Assembly: GCA_964016885.1 (NCBI GenBank)
Contig: OZ024760.1
Coordinates: 2,790,001 to 2,854,000 of the forward strand
Source of the DNA: Eledone cirrhosa
Taxonomy: Eukaryota
DNA: 64,000 nt
Direction of reading: 5' to 3'
The notes beneath the pieces are model-generated. The model was not told the origin of the DNA, did not search any database, and saw only the letters and a program-made list of their open reading frames with translations. Below are positions 1 through 13,030 of the stretch, one piece after another (positions within the stretch are counted from its first letter, which is position 1; the number at the start of each line of letters is the position of its first letter). The translations under genes and the position numbers were made by a program.

Positions 1-557
1 CCATAGAAAACCTGCCAGATAGTCCTATATGAGTGAGACATGGTCACCCGACCAATCTTGCCTCAAATGGGACAACTCCTGTCTAACCCATGCTAGCGTG
101 GAAGATAGACGTTAAACGGTGATGATGATGACGATGATATATATATATATAAATGAAGTATTTCTTTTGGAAAGGTAAAGGAAAAGAGAGTGCTCTATGT
201 AGGCTACAGAGCTTTTAAGTTATGTAATAAACAACATGAATTGGATTATTCTAAATGAAATAATTATCTTAGAGATAACTATATATATATAGAGAGAGAG
301 ATAGAGAGAGATAGAGAGAGTTAATTCCACAACAAATTAATAAGCCATATTGGGGACAGGCGTTTCACTCGACAGATTTTCAACCCGGTGACTGCGGTGA
401 GAATGGAAGTATATATAAGTGACTGGATTCTGTGCAGCAGATGCCGGCTGTTTGATGACCAGGGAGACGACTCAAATTAGACTTATATTGGGGAGACAAC
501 TTTTGTTTGAGTTAGTTCAGTCCAGGTTAAACTTCTGGTTTTACTGGGTCCTTCCAA

Positions 558-872
558 TTATGGAACATAAACTTCACAGCATGCATGGGGGCAGCGATTA
601 AAACAATCATCTCTTGGGTTAAAGCAAGTGTTATCACATATCCTCTGCCATATATTCACTCTTTCGTCAATACACAGCTTATAGGACACTACTCCATTTC
701 CATATGACATGGATTTGGTTAGAACTTTCCATTGAAAGGAGATATTCATGTCTGCATCCTTGAGTGACCATACATGGCTTTCCAGTTTCGACTATTGCTT
801 ACCAGAGTGACTAAATGTCATCTGATGGTTAAGGAAGCATTCTTTAAACTGACCTTCCGACATACCTAAATA
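558..872 (-). pseudogene. Penelope-like element GIY-YIG endonuclease C-terminal remnant
   Basis: Minus-strand translation YLGMSEGQFKECFLNHQMTFSH..*SKLESHVWSLKD..ISFQWKVL..Y..KLCIDER..FNPRDDCFNRCPH fits the PLE endonuclease pattern YIG..FKxR..H..F..LSxHIWxLK..W..LCxxEK..LNxRxE..CRH; one in-frame stop. Confidence 0.8.
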
Positions 873-905
873 TGGAGGAAGTTATAGTTCACTTGAAGCA
901 TTGTG

Positions 906-1296
906 TAATTAGGTATAAACGTTTGTATTTGTAAAGCCAAAACAATGCAGGTATGGACATAGAATATAAATGTAAATGCAAAAGATATTGTTGACAATTA
1001 GTCTTTTACCTTAGATTTATTTAAATGTCCTTAATTTTTGAGATAATATCTCTTCTTCGGAGGGAAGTAAAGCGGTTAAACCAGCGTTCTAAATAGCTTG
1101 CCAAGTTATCTAGAATACTGGTTTAACCGCTTTACTTCCCTCCGAAGAAGAGATATTATCTCGAAAATTAAGGACATTTAAATAAATTTAAGGTAAAAGA
1201 CTAATTGTCAACAATATCTTTTGCATTTGCATTTATATTCTATGTCCATACCTGCATTGTTTTGGCTTTACAAATATAAACGTTTATACCTAATTA
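906..1296. repeat. ~390-bp near-perfect palindrome abutting the GIY-YIG remnant (probable inverted pseudo-LTR of a Penelope-like element)
   Basis: taattaggtataaacg.. at 906 is the reverse complement of ..cgtttatacctaatta ending at 1296; centre near 1100; arms carry CCGAAGA-A-GAGATA-T-TATCTC-GAAA (degenerate hammerhead core). Confidence 0.85.
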
Positions 1297-2024
1297 TGTT
1301 TTGACCTCCAGCTGTTAATTCAGTCAAGTGCATGTAACATACGCCACATATATGTGTGTGTATACTTATACATATAAATATACATGCATATATGTATGTA
1401 TAAGTAGTAGATGGAAGAATATTGGTATACATTTATCTATTTTTTCTTCTTACTTATAATTTAAATTTGGCTGTTTATTTGATTATCTATTTAGTTAATT
1501 TCTCTCAACTAAGAAGAAAGGTTGGATAAATTTTATGTCTGCTCTTTAAACTTATAATTTTATATACATAGATAGATAGACAAATATATATATATATATA
1601 TCATCATCATCATCATCACCATTTTACGTCCATTCTTCCACGCTAGCATAGGTTAGACGCACTGTCAGGTGACCTTGTCTTGCTCATACGGATATATATA
1701 TGTGTGGGTGTGTGTGTATACATATGTATATATACATACACACACACACACATATATATATTTATTAAAATAACAGATTAAAGTTTAAGCAAAGAATCGA
1801 GCCCTCTTTGAATTTTAGTCTTCAAATTTATTATTATTACTATATATATACTTAGCTGCTATTTTTTTAGTAGTAATTGTAGACAGCAGGTCTTTGATTT
1901 TCCCGCTTTTACTTCGGTCCAGTTTACATACGGGTCACTTTTACGACCTTTCAGACCTTTATTTGCTGGCAGGAGGTTATATATTTTGTCATTCCTGGGA
2001 CGTTTAGCCCTAGGAAGGGAAAAT

Positions 2025-2105
2025 GCTTCTCTGATGAGCTTTGGTTTTCCATCATAAATCCATCGGATTTATGAGGTTTTACAAAGCGAAACTGATCAGT
2101 AAGGG
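2025..2105 (+). ncRNA. Type-I hammerhead ribozyme motif with long stem II
   Basis: CTGATGA 2031-2037; stem II gctttg/caaagc plus inner tcataaatc/gatttatga; GAAAC-TGATCA-GTA (palindromic loop III, GUA site); short stem I ttct/aggg. Confidence 0.75.
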
Positions 2106-2189
2106 CCACTAGGAGAGGTAAATATTTATATTATATTTTTTAATGTATTTTAAAAAATTGATTGAATTTTACTTGTTCTGCTTATCTTA

Positions 2190-2223
<34 letters not shown>

Positions 2224-2243
2224 ATATACATATATATATACAA

Positions 2244-2540
2244 TATATTAACAAATGGAAACTATATTCTATATTTATAAAACCATATTTATTTCATTAT
2301 ACATATTTCAAGGGCCACCAGATTAAACTATGGTGCGCTTTCAGCAGATAAAATATAATATAGGTTAGTTTTATAAATAAATATTGACATACCCTTAAAA
2401 AATGCAAACATTCTCGTTGGAATCTCCTATATTATATTTTATCTGATGAAAGCGCACCATAGTTTGCTCTGGTGGCCCTTTAAATATGTATAATGAAATA
2501 AATATGGTTTTATAAATATAGTTTCCACTTGTTAATATAT
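2244..2540. mobile_element. Fold-back mini-element (family B) with a degenerate hammerhead in each arm, in (TA)n
   Basis: Inverted arms attaacaaatggaaactat..tttcagcagataaaata / tattttatCTGATGAaagcgcacca..tggtggccct-tAAAtatgtataatgaaata; relatives at 8149, 29028, 45376, 55327. Confidence 0.75.
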
Positions 2541-2550
2541 ATATATATAT

Positions 2551-2720
2551 AACAAAGGAAATGTGGTAAGGCACCAGGTGGACCATAACGCACCAAAGTA
2601 CTCAATACTTAGGGTAGTAGAGTGGGTAATAGGAACGAGTAGGACCCCGACGGCTGAGCTCAAGCCGTTTCGACGGCTAATTCTGGCTTGAGCTCAGCCG
2701 TCGGGGTCCTACTCGTTCCT
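2551..2720. mobile_element. Fold-back mini-element family A (PLE pLTR-derived), shorter right arm
   Basis: aac(a/g)aaggaaatgtggtaagg..gtactcaata..ggaccccgacggctgagctcaagccgtttc followed by inverted copy; flanked by (TA)n; near-identical copies at 5848, 9184, 28260. Confidence 0.8.
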
Positions 2721-2737
2721 ATATATATATATATATA

Positions 2738-2940
2738 AAATAAAGTTAAATAAAAGTCAAATGATTAAAATTTAGCTTCGTTTATTACTGCTATATATAT
2801 TCCAGTGACAGCCATCTTTGGCTGTGACCTCTTCAGGCAGTTTGAATTAGTATGGTATAGACAAGTACATATGTTATTTAGGTGTATGATATTGTCAATA
2901 CTCTGATATGCCCAGTTCCTTGTTGGGTTGTTAATTCACT
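2738..2940 (-). mobile_element. Family E PLE-type fragment with mutated hammerhead (GAAA to GGAA) at 2787-2841
   Basis: Reverse complement of the 52318-52520 element; actgcCTGAAGAggtcacagcca..tggctgtcactGGAAtatatatagcagt. Confidence 0.7.
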
Positions 2941-3544
2941 GGGGAACTGGAGTCATATGAATTCAAACAAACGAATTTTCGTGTCACAGGTCCCCTTCTC
3001 CTCTCATTGGTCAGTTATTAGAACATTCCTCATTCTAAGTGTTGTTATTGTTGGAGTTAGCTTAAAAATTGATAAAATGGTAGAAGGGACATATATATAT
3101 AGAGAGAGAGATAGAGAGAGGGATAGTCAGATTTTAATTTAATTCCCTTACAGCCTCTCATTCACTCATTCTCATTATTTGATTTCTGTACCATAATGTA
3201 CTGGGTAATTGCTGGCCTTGTGCCTAAAGTAGAAACAATTATTTGATTTCTGTGATTCCAATTTCTTTAAATAAAATATATAAATACACACCAGTAAATT
3301 ATTTAAATGAGGATAATCACATCTACCCACCTAACATCGTTCACTATTGATTCAGTTAACTTAACACAATTATTTGTGTATTTCGTAATTAATTCTAAAA
3401 GATCTGAATTTCATGAGCATATATTTTTATAGTGTTTGACTTGTAAAATATATATGTAAACATGCGTGAATGTCTCTCTGTCTGTCTCTCTGTCTCTCTG
3501 TCTGTCTGTATGTATGTCTGTATGTATGTATGTATGTATGTATG

Positions 3545-3578
<34 letters not shown>

Positions 3579-4239
3579 TGTATGTTCTTCTGGTTTTATA
3601 ATTTCACATATTTTTTCCCAATAGAGAGAGAGAGAGTCGGTTTCTAACATAGACACAAGACTCTCTCATTGGAATTTACACAACATCAACTAGGTAGATA
3701 TGTCTGTATGTCTGCATGCATACATATGTAGATATGGATGTTATTATATGTGTGGGTGTGGATGTTTTGAGTTTTATGTGTGCATGTGTATATGCTTAGT
3801 ATCTGTACATGTGTATATGCAGTTATTAGATGCAAAATTTTTGGAATGTTTTACATATTTTTACTGTTCCATTAATGGATTGTACTTGTAATTTCCTAAC
3901 TATGTATGTATGTATGTATGTTCTTCTGGTTTTATAATTTCACAAAGTTTTGCCAATAGAAAGAGAGAGTCGGTTTCTAACTATGTATGTATGTATGCAT
4001 ATGTATGTATGTATGTATGTATGTATGCATCTTTGTTTGTCTTTCTCTTAATTTCGAGTACATTTTGAAGATGGGTGTTAAATGATGATGATGGTTTTCA
4101 CTTTATCTTCATAGCTCGTTACTCATTCATTCATCAAATCTCTTTTGTCACACATACTGTGACCTCAATGATTATATATATATATATCTATATCGATGTG
4201 TATACATATATATATAAATATATATATATATATAAAGAT

Positions 4240-4392
4240 AAGTTATTCCGGGTTGAATCGGAGGTAACCACAGTAAGTAAGGTACTCAATACATAGCAGA
4301 GTATAAAAGTTTTAATATAGAAGACCTTCTACAGGACTAGAACTGTTTCATTCGTGAGAAATCATCAGGGAGCTCTGCTATATTAAAACTAT
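4240..4392 (-). mobile_element. Family D mini-element with hammerhead motif, in (TA)n
   Basis: Minus strand CTGATGA-tttc-tcac-gaat-GAAACAG-ttctagtc-CTGTA; homologous to 31950-32130, 49833-49870 and 52095-52160. Confidence 0.7.
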
Positions 4393-5160
4393 ATATATAT
4401 ATATATGTTTTCTATACCTTTCATTTATATATATATATATATATACATATATACATGTGTAACTATATATACCTATATGTTAAATGATGATACAAAAACA
4501 TACGCACACACTCATATATATATATATATATCATGTCTATACATATATGTGCGTGTGTGTATATATATATATGTGTGTGTGTGTGTGTATTTATATGTGT
4601 GTTTGTATATATATATATATGTGTGTAAATATATCTATTTTTAATAAAGAAATATATATATGTGTGTATATATATATGTCTGTGTGTGTATATATATATA
4701 TGTGTGTGTGTGTATTTGTATGTGTGTATATATATGTGTGTGTGTGTGTGTGCATGTGTGTGTGTGTGTATGTATGTAAGTGTGAGCATGTGTGTACAAG
4801 TTACACAGCTGAATTATCTGATATATAAATACATAAAATGTAATTATATATTCATTTATTTTATTTGCATAAAATTACATTTCTCTGTATTTCAAAATAT
4901 CTCACTCACTTTTAATTCAACATTGAATATCTATTCTTTATGTGTGTATATCTGTGTATGCATCTATACATCTATACAGAGTAATGCATTCTCATGTTAA
5001 AATATGTCTCTACCCATACAGGGTACTTTATTAAATACTTTGCTTTTATTATTGCCTCAGAAGAGACCCATTGAGGAAACTTATGTAAGAGTTTTTTATA
5101 AATGTGATTTAACGGCTTGCCTCTCTTTCATTAATATTTTCACTTATATATATATATATA

Positions 5161-5600
5161 TCATCATCATCATCATCATCATCATCGTTTAACGTCCATG
5201 TTCCACGCTTGCATGGGTTTGGACGGGAGTTTTCCCACTTGCTCGCATAGGACTGTCTGGCGGGTTTTCTACAGCTGGATGCGCTTCCTAACACCAACCA
5301 CATTTACAGTGTGGGACTGGGAGGTTTTTACCGTGTTGCCTACACGGCCACATTACAGCGTGGACTGTCTGGCGGGTTTTCTACAGCTGGATGCGCTTCC
5401 TAACACCAACCACATTTACAGTGTGGGACTGGGAGGTTTTTACCGTGTTGCCTACACGGCCACATTACAGCGTGGACTGTGTGTTTTTTTGTCGTGACAC
5501 CTACACGATCTCATTTGTTTCGGCCTGGATGTTGTGGCACCAACATAACTTTACATTGAAAGGGGCGGTGTGGATGGGGGGGGGTGTATTTTGTTATTTA
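5161..5600 (-). mobile_element. RTE LINE 3' UTR fragment with (GAT)n tail and internal tandem duplication
   Basis: Same sequence lies directly downstream of RTE ORF ends at 12760 and 61118; segment ggactgtctggcggg..cattacagcgt duplicated; other copies at 1-135, 1601-1690, 6147-6272, 13360-13665, 23700-24068, 39945-40113, 55447-55810. Confidence 0.8.
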
Positions 5601-5847
5601 TATTTATATATATATATATATATATTTATTAAAATAACAGATGAAAGCAGCGATTCTTTGCTTAAACTTTAATCTGTTATTTTAATAAATATTTGCTTTA
5701 CGGTTCTTATATATTTGATATATATTTATCCTTATCGAGCCCTCTTTGGATTTTAGTCTTCAAATTTATTATTATTACTATATATATATATATATGTCGA
5801 ACCGTGTATGTGACTATACATGTGTATGTATATATATATATATATAT

Positions 5848-6050
5848 AACGAAGGAAATGTGGTAAGGAACCAGATGGGCCATAACGCACCAAAGTACTC
5901 AATACTTAGGGTAGTAGAGTGGGTAATAGGAACAAGTAGGACCCCGACAGCTGAGCTCAAGCCGTTTCGACGGCTAATTCTGGACTAAATTAGTCCAGAA
6001 TTAGCCGTCGAAACGGCTTGAGCTCAGCCGTCGGGGTCCTACTCGTTCCT
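5848..6050. mobile_element. Fold-back mini-element family A
   Basis: Palindrome centred on ctggactaaattagtccag; (TA)n on both sides. Confidence 0.8.
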
Positions 6051-6639
6051 ATATATATATATATTATATATATATAATATATATATATTTATATATATAT
6101 TCACACAACATACATATGTATACATATATAAATATATATGTGTATATCATCATCATCATCATCATCAGGTTTAGCGTCCGTGTTCCACGCTTGCATGGGT
6201 TTGGACGGGGGTTTTCCCACTTGAGGCAAGAGTGGTTGTCTTGCTCGCATAGGACTGTCTGGCGGGTTTTCTACATATATGTATATATATTTATATATAT
6301 ATACACTCACATATTTAAACATTCAATTACAGACACATTTATCCATATATACACATGTAGATATATATATAAATGGACACACACATGCGAAATACACATA
6401 TGTAAATAGATATGTGTTCATATAAGTATATATTACTATCTTCCAATCGCTAGATATTTCCAGCTATCAGATTTGACATCTTTCTGCATTGATTTTTTTT
6501 CACACCGAGCACTATCTAAAATCACAACAACCATATATTGAGAGTTAGTAAATGGACGTCTGTTTGGTTGTTGCTTAACCTTCTAGTGATAATAGCCAAA
6601 ATTTCTATCAAACCACAGCATTATTTTTTCAATAGTGAT

Positions 6640-6820
6640 GGATTAACAGTATCGGTAGAGGGTCGGATGCCATGCTTTGCAGTATAGAGTTACAGCCTTT
6701 TACGGTCTGAGTTTAAATCCTGCCGAGGTTAACTTTGCTTACCATTCTTATGGGGTCGATAAAATAAAGTACCAGTAATGCTGAGATAATTGCTGGCCTT
6801 GTGCCAAACATAGAAACAAT
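6640..6820 (+). mobile_element. tRNA-derived SINE, family S1 (~185 bp)
   Basis: A-box-like ggcagtatcggtaga, B-box gagttcaaatcc, body gactttgcctttcatccttacggggtcgataaaataaagtaccag, tail gtagaaacaatta; more than 15 copies or fragments in the window. Confidence 0.8.
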
Positions 6821-6839
6821 TTTTCAATTTTTTCATCCT

Positions 6840-7155
6840 TTAGTGTGCTCTACAGAATTTACACACCTTCCTCGGTCTTACACTATCCATCATCTGTGTC
6901 CTCAGCTTTTGTGTGTTGGTGGCTGCTCTAGTGTCTCTCATTAGAGTGTTGATGTTGATATTGATGTACGTAACATTTCTCCTGCCTTGGTCTGCTCTTC
7001 CCTTTGATGGCTTCCAGAGCATCATCTTGTTCATAATTTCGTCATCACGATGTAAGCAGTCAGCTCTTCCCTTTGAAGGCTTCCAGAGCATCAACTTGGT
7101 CACAATTTCGTCATCATGATATATGCAGTCAGCCCTTCCCTTTGAAGGTTTCTAG
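6840..7155 (-). mobile_element. RTE-type LINE ORF 3' end with triplicated segment
   Basis: Minus translation ..KMMLWKPSKGRADQGRRNVTYI..LMRDT..LRTQMMD resembles RTE C-terminus; cttccctttga(a/t)ggcttccagagcatca segment repeated three times. Confidence 0.55.
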
Positions 7156-7164
7156 GGCACCAGA

Positions 7165-7887
7165 ACGAAGTGGTGAAACACCATATTGACAAGGAGGAGG
7201 CTAGCTCACTGTGTAGGATCTGTGGAGAGAGACTGTGGTTCACATTGTGTCCGAGTGTAAACACCTAGCCCAGACTCACTATAAAGGCTGGAGACATGAT
7301 GTGATAGGCAGGGTGATCCACTGGCATTTATGCAAAGTAAACAATTTACCACATTCTGAGAAGTGGTATGAGCATAAGCCAGAGTCAGTGATAGAAAACA
7401 ATCAAGTGAAGGTGCTGTGGGATTTCAGGATACAGACGGACAAGAAATTAGAACACAATAGACCTGACCTGGTGGTTTTGAACAAGGAAAAAAGATCGTG
7501 CCTGATTGTAGATGTAGCCTGTCTCTTTGACACAAGAGTGCAAGAAAAGGAGAAGGAGAAAATGAACCGATACCAGGATTTAAAGTGGGAGTTAAAAAGG
7601 ATTTGGAACTGCCATGAAATCAAGGTCGTCCCGATTGTCATAGGTGCACTAGGTACTACCTCAAAGAGTTTTCAAGGATGGTTAAAAAAGATTAGTCCAG
7701 CCCTGCTTTTTGGAACACTTCAAAAGGCATGCTTGCTTTGAACAACAAGAACCCTCCGATACGTCCTGAATGTTTGAGGTTGCAGGTAGCGGCTTGATAT
7801 TCATTTCAACAAACTTTCCAGTTAAATAACATCAATGACTGAGACTCAAAGAACAACAATAATAATAATAATAATAATAATAATAAA
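7165..7887 (+). mobile_element. R4/Dong-like non-LTR retrotransposon 3' fragment (CCHC knuckle + restriction-like endonuclease)
   Basis: CRICG..HIVSEC zinc knuckle, RHD, WYEHKPESV, LWDFRIQTDKKLEHNRPDLVV, IVDVA, KxxRYQDL, VVPIVIGALG; ends in (TAA)n; frameshift and stop present. Confidence 0.9.
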
Positions 7888-8148
7888 CGAAAGATATAAC
7901 TTTATATCTTCACTATTTATTTCATGATATAGCCACATAAATGATCTTTATAGATCAGTGACAAGCCCGTATATTATTTGAAAAAATCTCAAAATTTCCT
8001 AGGATGTAATTTTAGTGGGAAAAATAAAAATAAAAACATATAATTTAAACGCTTTATATGTTTTTAAAAATAGCGTAATTAGTTTGTCACTGATCTATAA
8101 AGATCATTCTTGCTGGTATATCATGAAATAAATTATACATCTCATATG

Positions 8149-8226
8149 TATTTTGTCTGAAGAAGGGATGCTCTGATTTATGTTAAACGTAAATTTTTTC
8201 ATCCCCGAAATATATATAATGAAATA
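8149..8226 (+). ncRNA. Type-I hammerhead ribozyme motif (family B) inside nested inverted repeats 7889-8255
   Basis: Stem I tattttgt/atgaaata; CTGAAGA 8157-8163; stem II gggatg/catccc; GAAAT-ATAT-ATA. Confidence 0.75.
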
Positions 8227-8368
8227 AATAATGATGTTATAAAGTTATATCTTTCATTTATTACTATTATTATCATAATACTCCAGATAAATATCTGTTG
8301 TGTGCTTCATTTCTGTTATACACTTAAGTGGGTTGATTACATATCAACTAAGTCGTTAACTCATTGTT

Positions 8369-8448
<80 letters not shown>

Positions 8449-9148
8449 ATATATACTTATTTTTAACAAATAATATTTCTATTTTTTACATTTTCATATT
8501 TCTATATTTCTAAGTCTCCTTGGCTTTGTTTAATTTCTTTCTGTATGCTACAATGAGAATACTTCAGATTCTCAATAGAAAATACAGAATTAAAGAGATA
8601 CAGAGCTCTTTATATTTCACAAATATGCAATCAAATAAATCTTTATAAAATTCTTATATATATATAGATATAGATATATATGAGAAGAAAATAAACAGAT
8701 AATACTACTTAAACTTGATAATTTGGCAAGCTAAGGAGAAAGTATAGGAATGTGTTTCTAATTTCAGATTAATTCATTACAGATAAAGCCATCATTTATA
8801 CATACAGTGGCGGACTGGGTCTAAAAATATTGGTTGCCAGAAGATAAAGGGGGCCCACCTACATATAGAATGCTATCATTTAATTTTTATAATGAATAAA
8901 TAACATTTTTTTAAAAAAACATAAGTGGAAACAAAACAGTGCAATCAAATTTTTGCTGAAAAATAAAAACTGAAAAGGTTTACATGTACCTCTCGAATAG
9001 GATTGAATCCAAGACAAAGATCTCCACCGTCTCTAGTACCTACCAATTGTCCACTGAGACAGCTATGAAAATCTACTGAAAATTCATACTTATAAACCTA
9101 CTTTCAAAATTTTCAGTACACACACACATATATATGTATATATATATA

Positions 9149-9526
<378 letters not shown>

Positions 9527-10180
9527 TATTTATATATATATATACATATATATATATATAGAGAGAGAGAGAGAAAGAGAGAGATGATTGAACAATATAT
9601 ATATTGTAGTCTGCATATGTAGACTATTATAATAGACACAGAAACATATGTTAAAGCCAATAAATTCTTTCTCTCTTTTCTTGCCGAAGTCTATATTTTT
9701 ATTGGTGTAATATCTGCTTATATTATATATTTATATATATATATGTATATATATATGTGTGTGTGTGTGGGTGTGTGTAGATAGTGTGTGTATATGTGTG
9801 TGTGTGGGGGGGGGGGGTTGTATTTATGTGTGCATCAGTGTGCGTATGGTATGTTATTAGTGATGGAGAAGTGAAGTAGAAAAGAAAAAAAATCAATGTT
9901 GAGAAGGAAACTTGCAAGCAAAACATATGTATATATACAGCCATGCTACGAAGTGTCAACTCCACACATTATCATTAAATCACAAACGAAACCCTTTGAT
10001 CATCTTTCAAGCTGTGATTTGAAGCTCATTCGATCTGATCTGTCTCCTCATTAATTGCCGTTTTATATGCTAGTAAGTAATGCGTAAATAGGAATTAATT
10101 TAGTCTAGCTAATTAAGAAAGTAAAAAATAAAAAAAATTATGAGAAAAAAATGAAGGCATGTGGCTCAGTAGTTTGTGTG

Positions 10181-10658
10181 TATGTGGGTCAGCTGATAGG
10201 TTCATAGGCTGACTATGAAGGAGTGATGCTAGAGCTGTGAAATCTTACATGCATTAATTTCAACTCTTCTTGTTAATAACTGCATTGTTTCGTTCTGAGG
10301 ACTATGTTGAAAAATGTACCTCCTTTGGTCATTCCATGAGAGTATCCTGATCTTAGGCTGACTATGAAGGAGTGGTGCTAGAGCTGCGAAATCTTACAAG
10401 CAGTAATTTCAATTCTTCTTTCTAGCGACTACGTTGACAAATAAACCTCATTTAGTAATTCCATGAGAGTATCTTGGTCATAGGCTGACTATGAAGGAGT
10501 GATGCTAATGCTGTGAAATCTTACAGGCAGTAATTTCAACTCTTCTTATTAAGAACTGCATTGTTTTTTTAAGGGACTATGTTGAAAAAATATACCTCAT
10601 TTGGTCATTCCATGAGAGTATCTTGGTCAATCTATGAACTTTTCAGCTGACCCTTGTA
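10181..10658. mobile_element. Mariner-type MITE with three internal ~140-bp repeats, inserted in an old SINE
   Basis: TIRs gggtcagctgataggttcatag / ctatgaacttttcagctgaccc with TA at the ends; taggctgactatgaaggagtg repeated three times; SINE head split around it. Confidence 0.65.
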
Positions 10659-11017
10659 GGTATAAATTGTGATTATAAGGTTGTGAGTTTGATACCCAGA
10701 ATGAGGTATGTTCTTGAGCAAGGCACTTTACTTCATGTTGCTCACATTTAACAGATTTTTAAATCTATTATTACATCTTCTTCTATGACTGATAACTGAT
10801 AAATATTTCAGAAAACCAAGTACAATTTGGTCAAAAAATATAAAAGGCAAAGGATGACAGATAAAACAAAACAAAGTAATGTTTTTAACCCAGTATATTT
10901 CAACATAATATTTCAGGGTTAAAACCCCTTTTTCAAATGTAAAAACAAAAATGGTTCAAAACAAAACAAACGATCGATGTGTTTTTCTGTAACTGGTCTA
11001 AGTGGCTCTATGTTTTT

Positions 11018-11281
11018 TAACCCTTTATCATTTACATTACTCTATATATACTATTGTACTTTACTATATATATACTATTGTACTTTACTCTATATATACT
11101 TTTGTACTTTTGTCGTAGAGGCTTTACTTCACATAATAGCGAATCTATGAAATTTTGATATTAGTTATTTTTAGAAAAACACCGTAATGTAGGTATAAGT
11201 GGCCGGTTATGACCGGTTTGAACAGAAAGAGGTGAGAGAATGCTGGCCGGATATAGCCAGTTTAAATGCTAAAGTGTTAAT
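11018..11281. mobile_element. TTAA-flanked piggyBac-type MITE (family P)
   Basis: ttaaccctt(t)..catttacatt ... tttaaatgctaaagtgttaa; homologous to 19118-19336. Confidence 0.7.
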
Positions 11282-11528
11282 TAACTAAAATAATCCAGCC
11301 AAAATGTATCTAATTCAGTTTAGACACATCATGAACTTAGATCATGTCACATGCCAGACAACTCTGAGAAAAAAAATAATTTAAACTATAGAAACTTCTT
11401 TGTATGATTTTGACCTGTTATATTATAAATAGTTTAAACTGAGGAAATCTCTTTCTATATTTTTTAACCTGTTATATTATAACTAGTTTAAACTTAGAAA
11501 ATCTCTATATATTATTTTTACCTGTTTA

Positions 11529-11718
11529 TGGGCGGTGGATTGGCAGTATCAGTAGAGGGTCGTACGCCATGCTTCCCAGCATAGTTACGTCCCTTTACGA
11601 TCTGAGTTCAAATCCCGTCGAGGTTGACTTTGCCTTTCATCCTTACGGGGTCAATAAAATAAAGTACTAGTAATGCACTGGGTAATTGTTGGCCTTGTGC
11701 CTAAAGTAGAAACAATTA
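11529..11718 (+). mobile_element. SINE S1 with target-site duplication
   Basis: attatttttacctgtttat present on both sides. Confidence 0.85.
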
Positions 11719-11984
11719 TTTTTACCTGTTTATAAATAGTTTAAACTAAGGAAATCTCTTTATTTTTTCTAACCTATTATATTATAAATAATACAAATTG
11801 CAGAGAAACATTTTAAGTACTTAATGGCTTTATTCAATAAATGTATCATAGCTATTGCGACTATTGCTTTAAAGGGTCTACTGTCAATAATTTGACTGTT
11901 AAATCTTAGGCTATTTGTTCAAGATGCACAACTGTACAATAGAGTCCAACTGCATAAGGTCATTTATTTTGTACAGAACAGCAA

Positions 11985-12340
11985 TTTGTTGAAAGATGGG
12001 TGAGAGAGACAAGTATGGCTCAAGTGAATGGGCCTGCTCTGAGTATGTGCCTGAAGACTGGAGATGGAAAACTGGCTGAGGGCACTTGCTCTGGTGGTCA
12101 GGGTCACCTTGGTTTTTCTAATGGGCTTGCTCCACGATTGACCCCCGGAAGTCTGCCCCCTCCCCCTATTAGGGAATTTTCCTTTGTTTAATTTTTTTTG
12201 TTACATCCTTTGTTTTTGTTTTATGTATTTGATTTTACACACAGAAATTCCCATTTGTACCATCCTGTAGCGTCCTGTGCTGTCCTTAATGTGATACTTT
12301 ACTAGACCACCCGTAACCCATTGGGTCACGTTCCCTTCAA
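11985..12340 (+). mobile_element. Tx1/L1-like LINE 3' fragment
   Basis: FVERWVRETSMAQVNGPALSMCL ORF end followed by ccccctattaggga..3' UTR; similar to 53395-53990; clade assignment from memory. Confidence 0.5.
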
Positions 12341-12449
12341 AATATTTTTTTTTAAATCATGTTCACTTAAAAATAATTTTTAAATAATTAAAATATACAC
12401 AGACATGTATATAATGTGAAATGAAACTGGAAGGCCCATATATATATAT

Positions 12450-13030
12450 GTCATCATCATCATCATCATCATCACCGTTTTACGTCCGTTCTTCCACGCT
12501 AGCATGGGTTAGACGGGTTGTCCTGTTGTGGGCAGTGTCTGGTCGGCTGACCATGCCTTGCTCATACAGGAACTGATCTGGCTTGATTTCTACAGCTGGA
12601 TGCCCTTCCTAACACCAACCTCATTTACAGTGAGTGCTGGGTGCTTTTTCGTGGCGCCTACACGTCCACTTTACAGTGTGGGCTGGGTGCTTTTTTGCCG
12701 TGGCACCTCCACGACCACCTTGCGGTGGGGGGGGGGGGGGGGCATATTGTTTATATGCTTCAGCATGTACCCATGGGAGGTCGGGTACCCTGTATTACTG
12801 CGTGACGCCAGAAGTCACGGTCGTGTGTCATTGACTTTGAGAGGTGTAGTTGGGTAAGGTCGGCTTTTATCACCTCATCCCAAGTCATCTTGGGTCTCCC
12901 CACTCCGCGGTTTCCATCAACTTCTAGTGCTCTGCACCTTTTTATGCAGCTGTCATCCTTCATACGCATCACATGTCCATACCAGCGTAACCGCCTCTCC
13001 TGCACGCAGCATTTGATTCCTCTTATGCTC
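12450..13030 (-). mobile_element. RTE LINE 3' end (ORF + UTR + (GAT)n)
   Basis: QERRLRWYGHVMRM..RGVGRPKMTWDEVIKADL..DRDFWR, typical RTE C-terminus. Confidence 0.9.

Noticed and set aside
8805-9120. hAT-like element starting cagtggcggactggg
   Set aside because: No matching second terminus or TSD found
9941-10078. Exon between tacag and gtaagt
   Set aside because: Weak acceptor and early stop after the ATG; may be regulatory but unsupported
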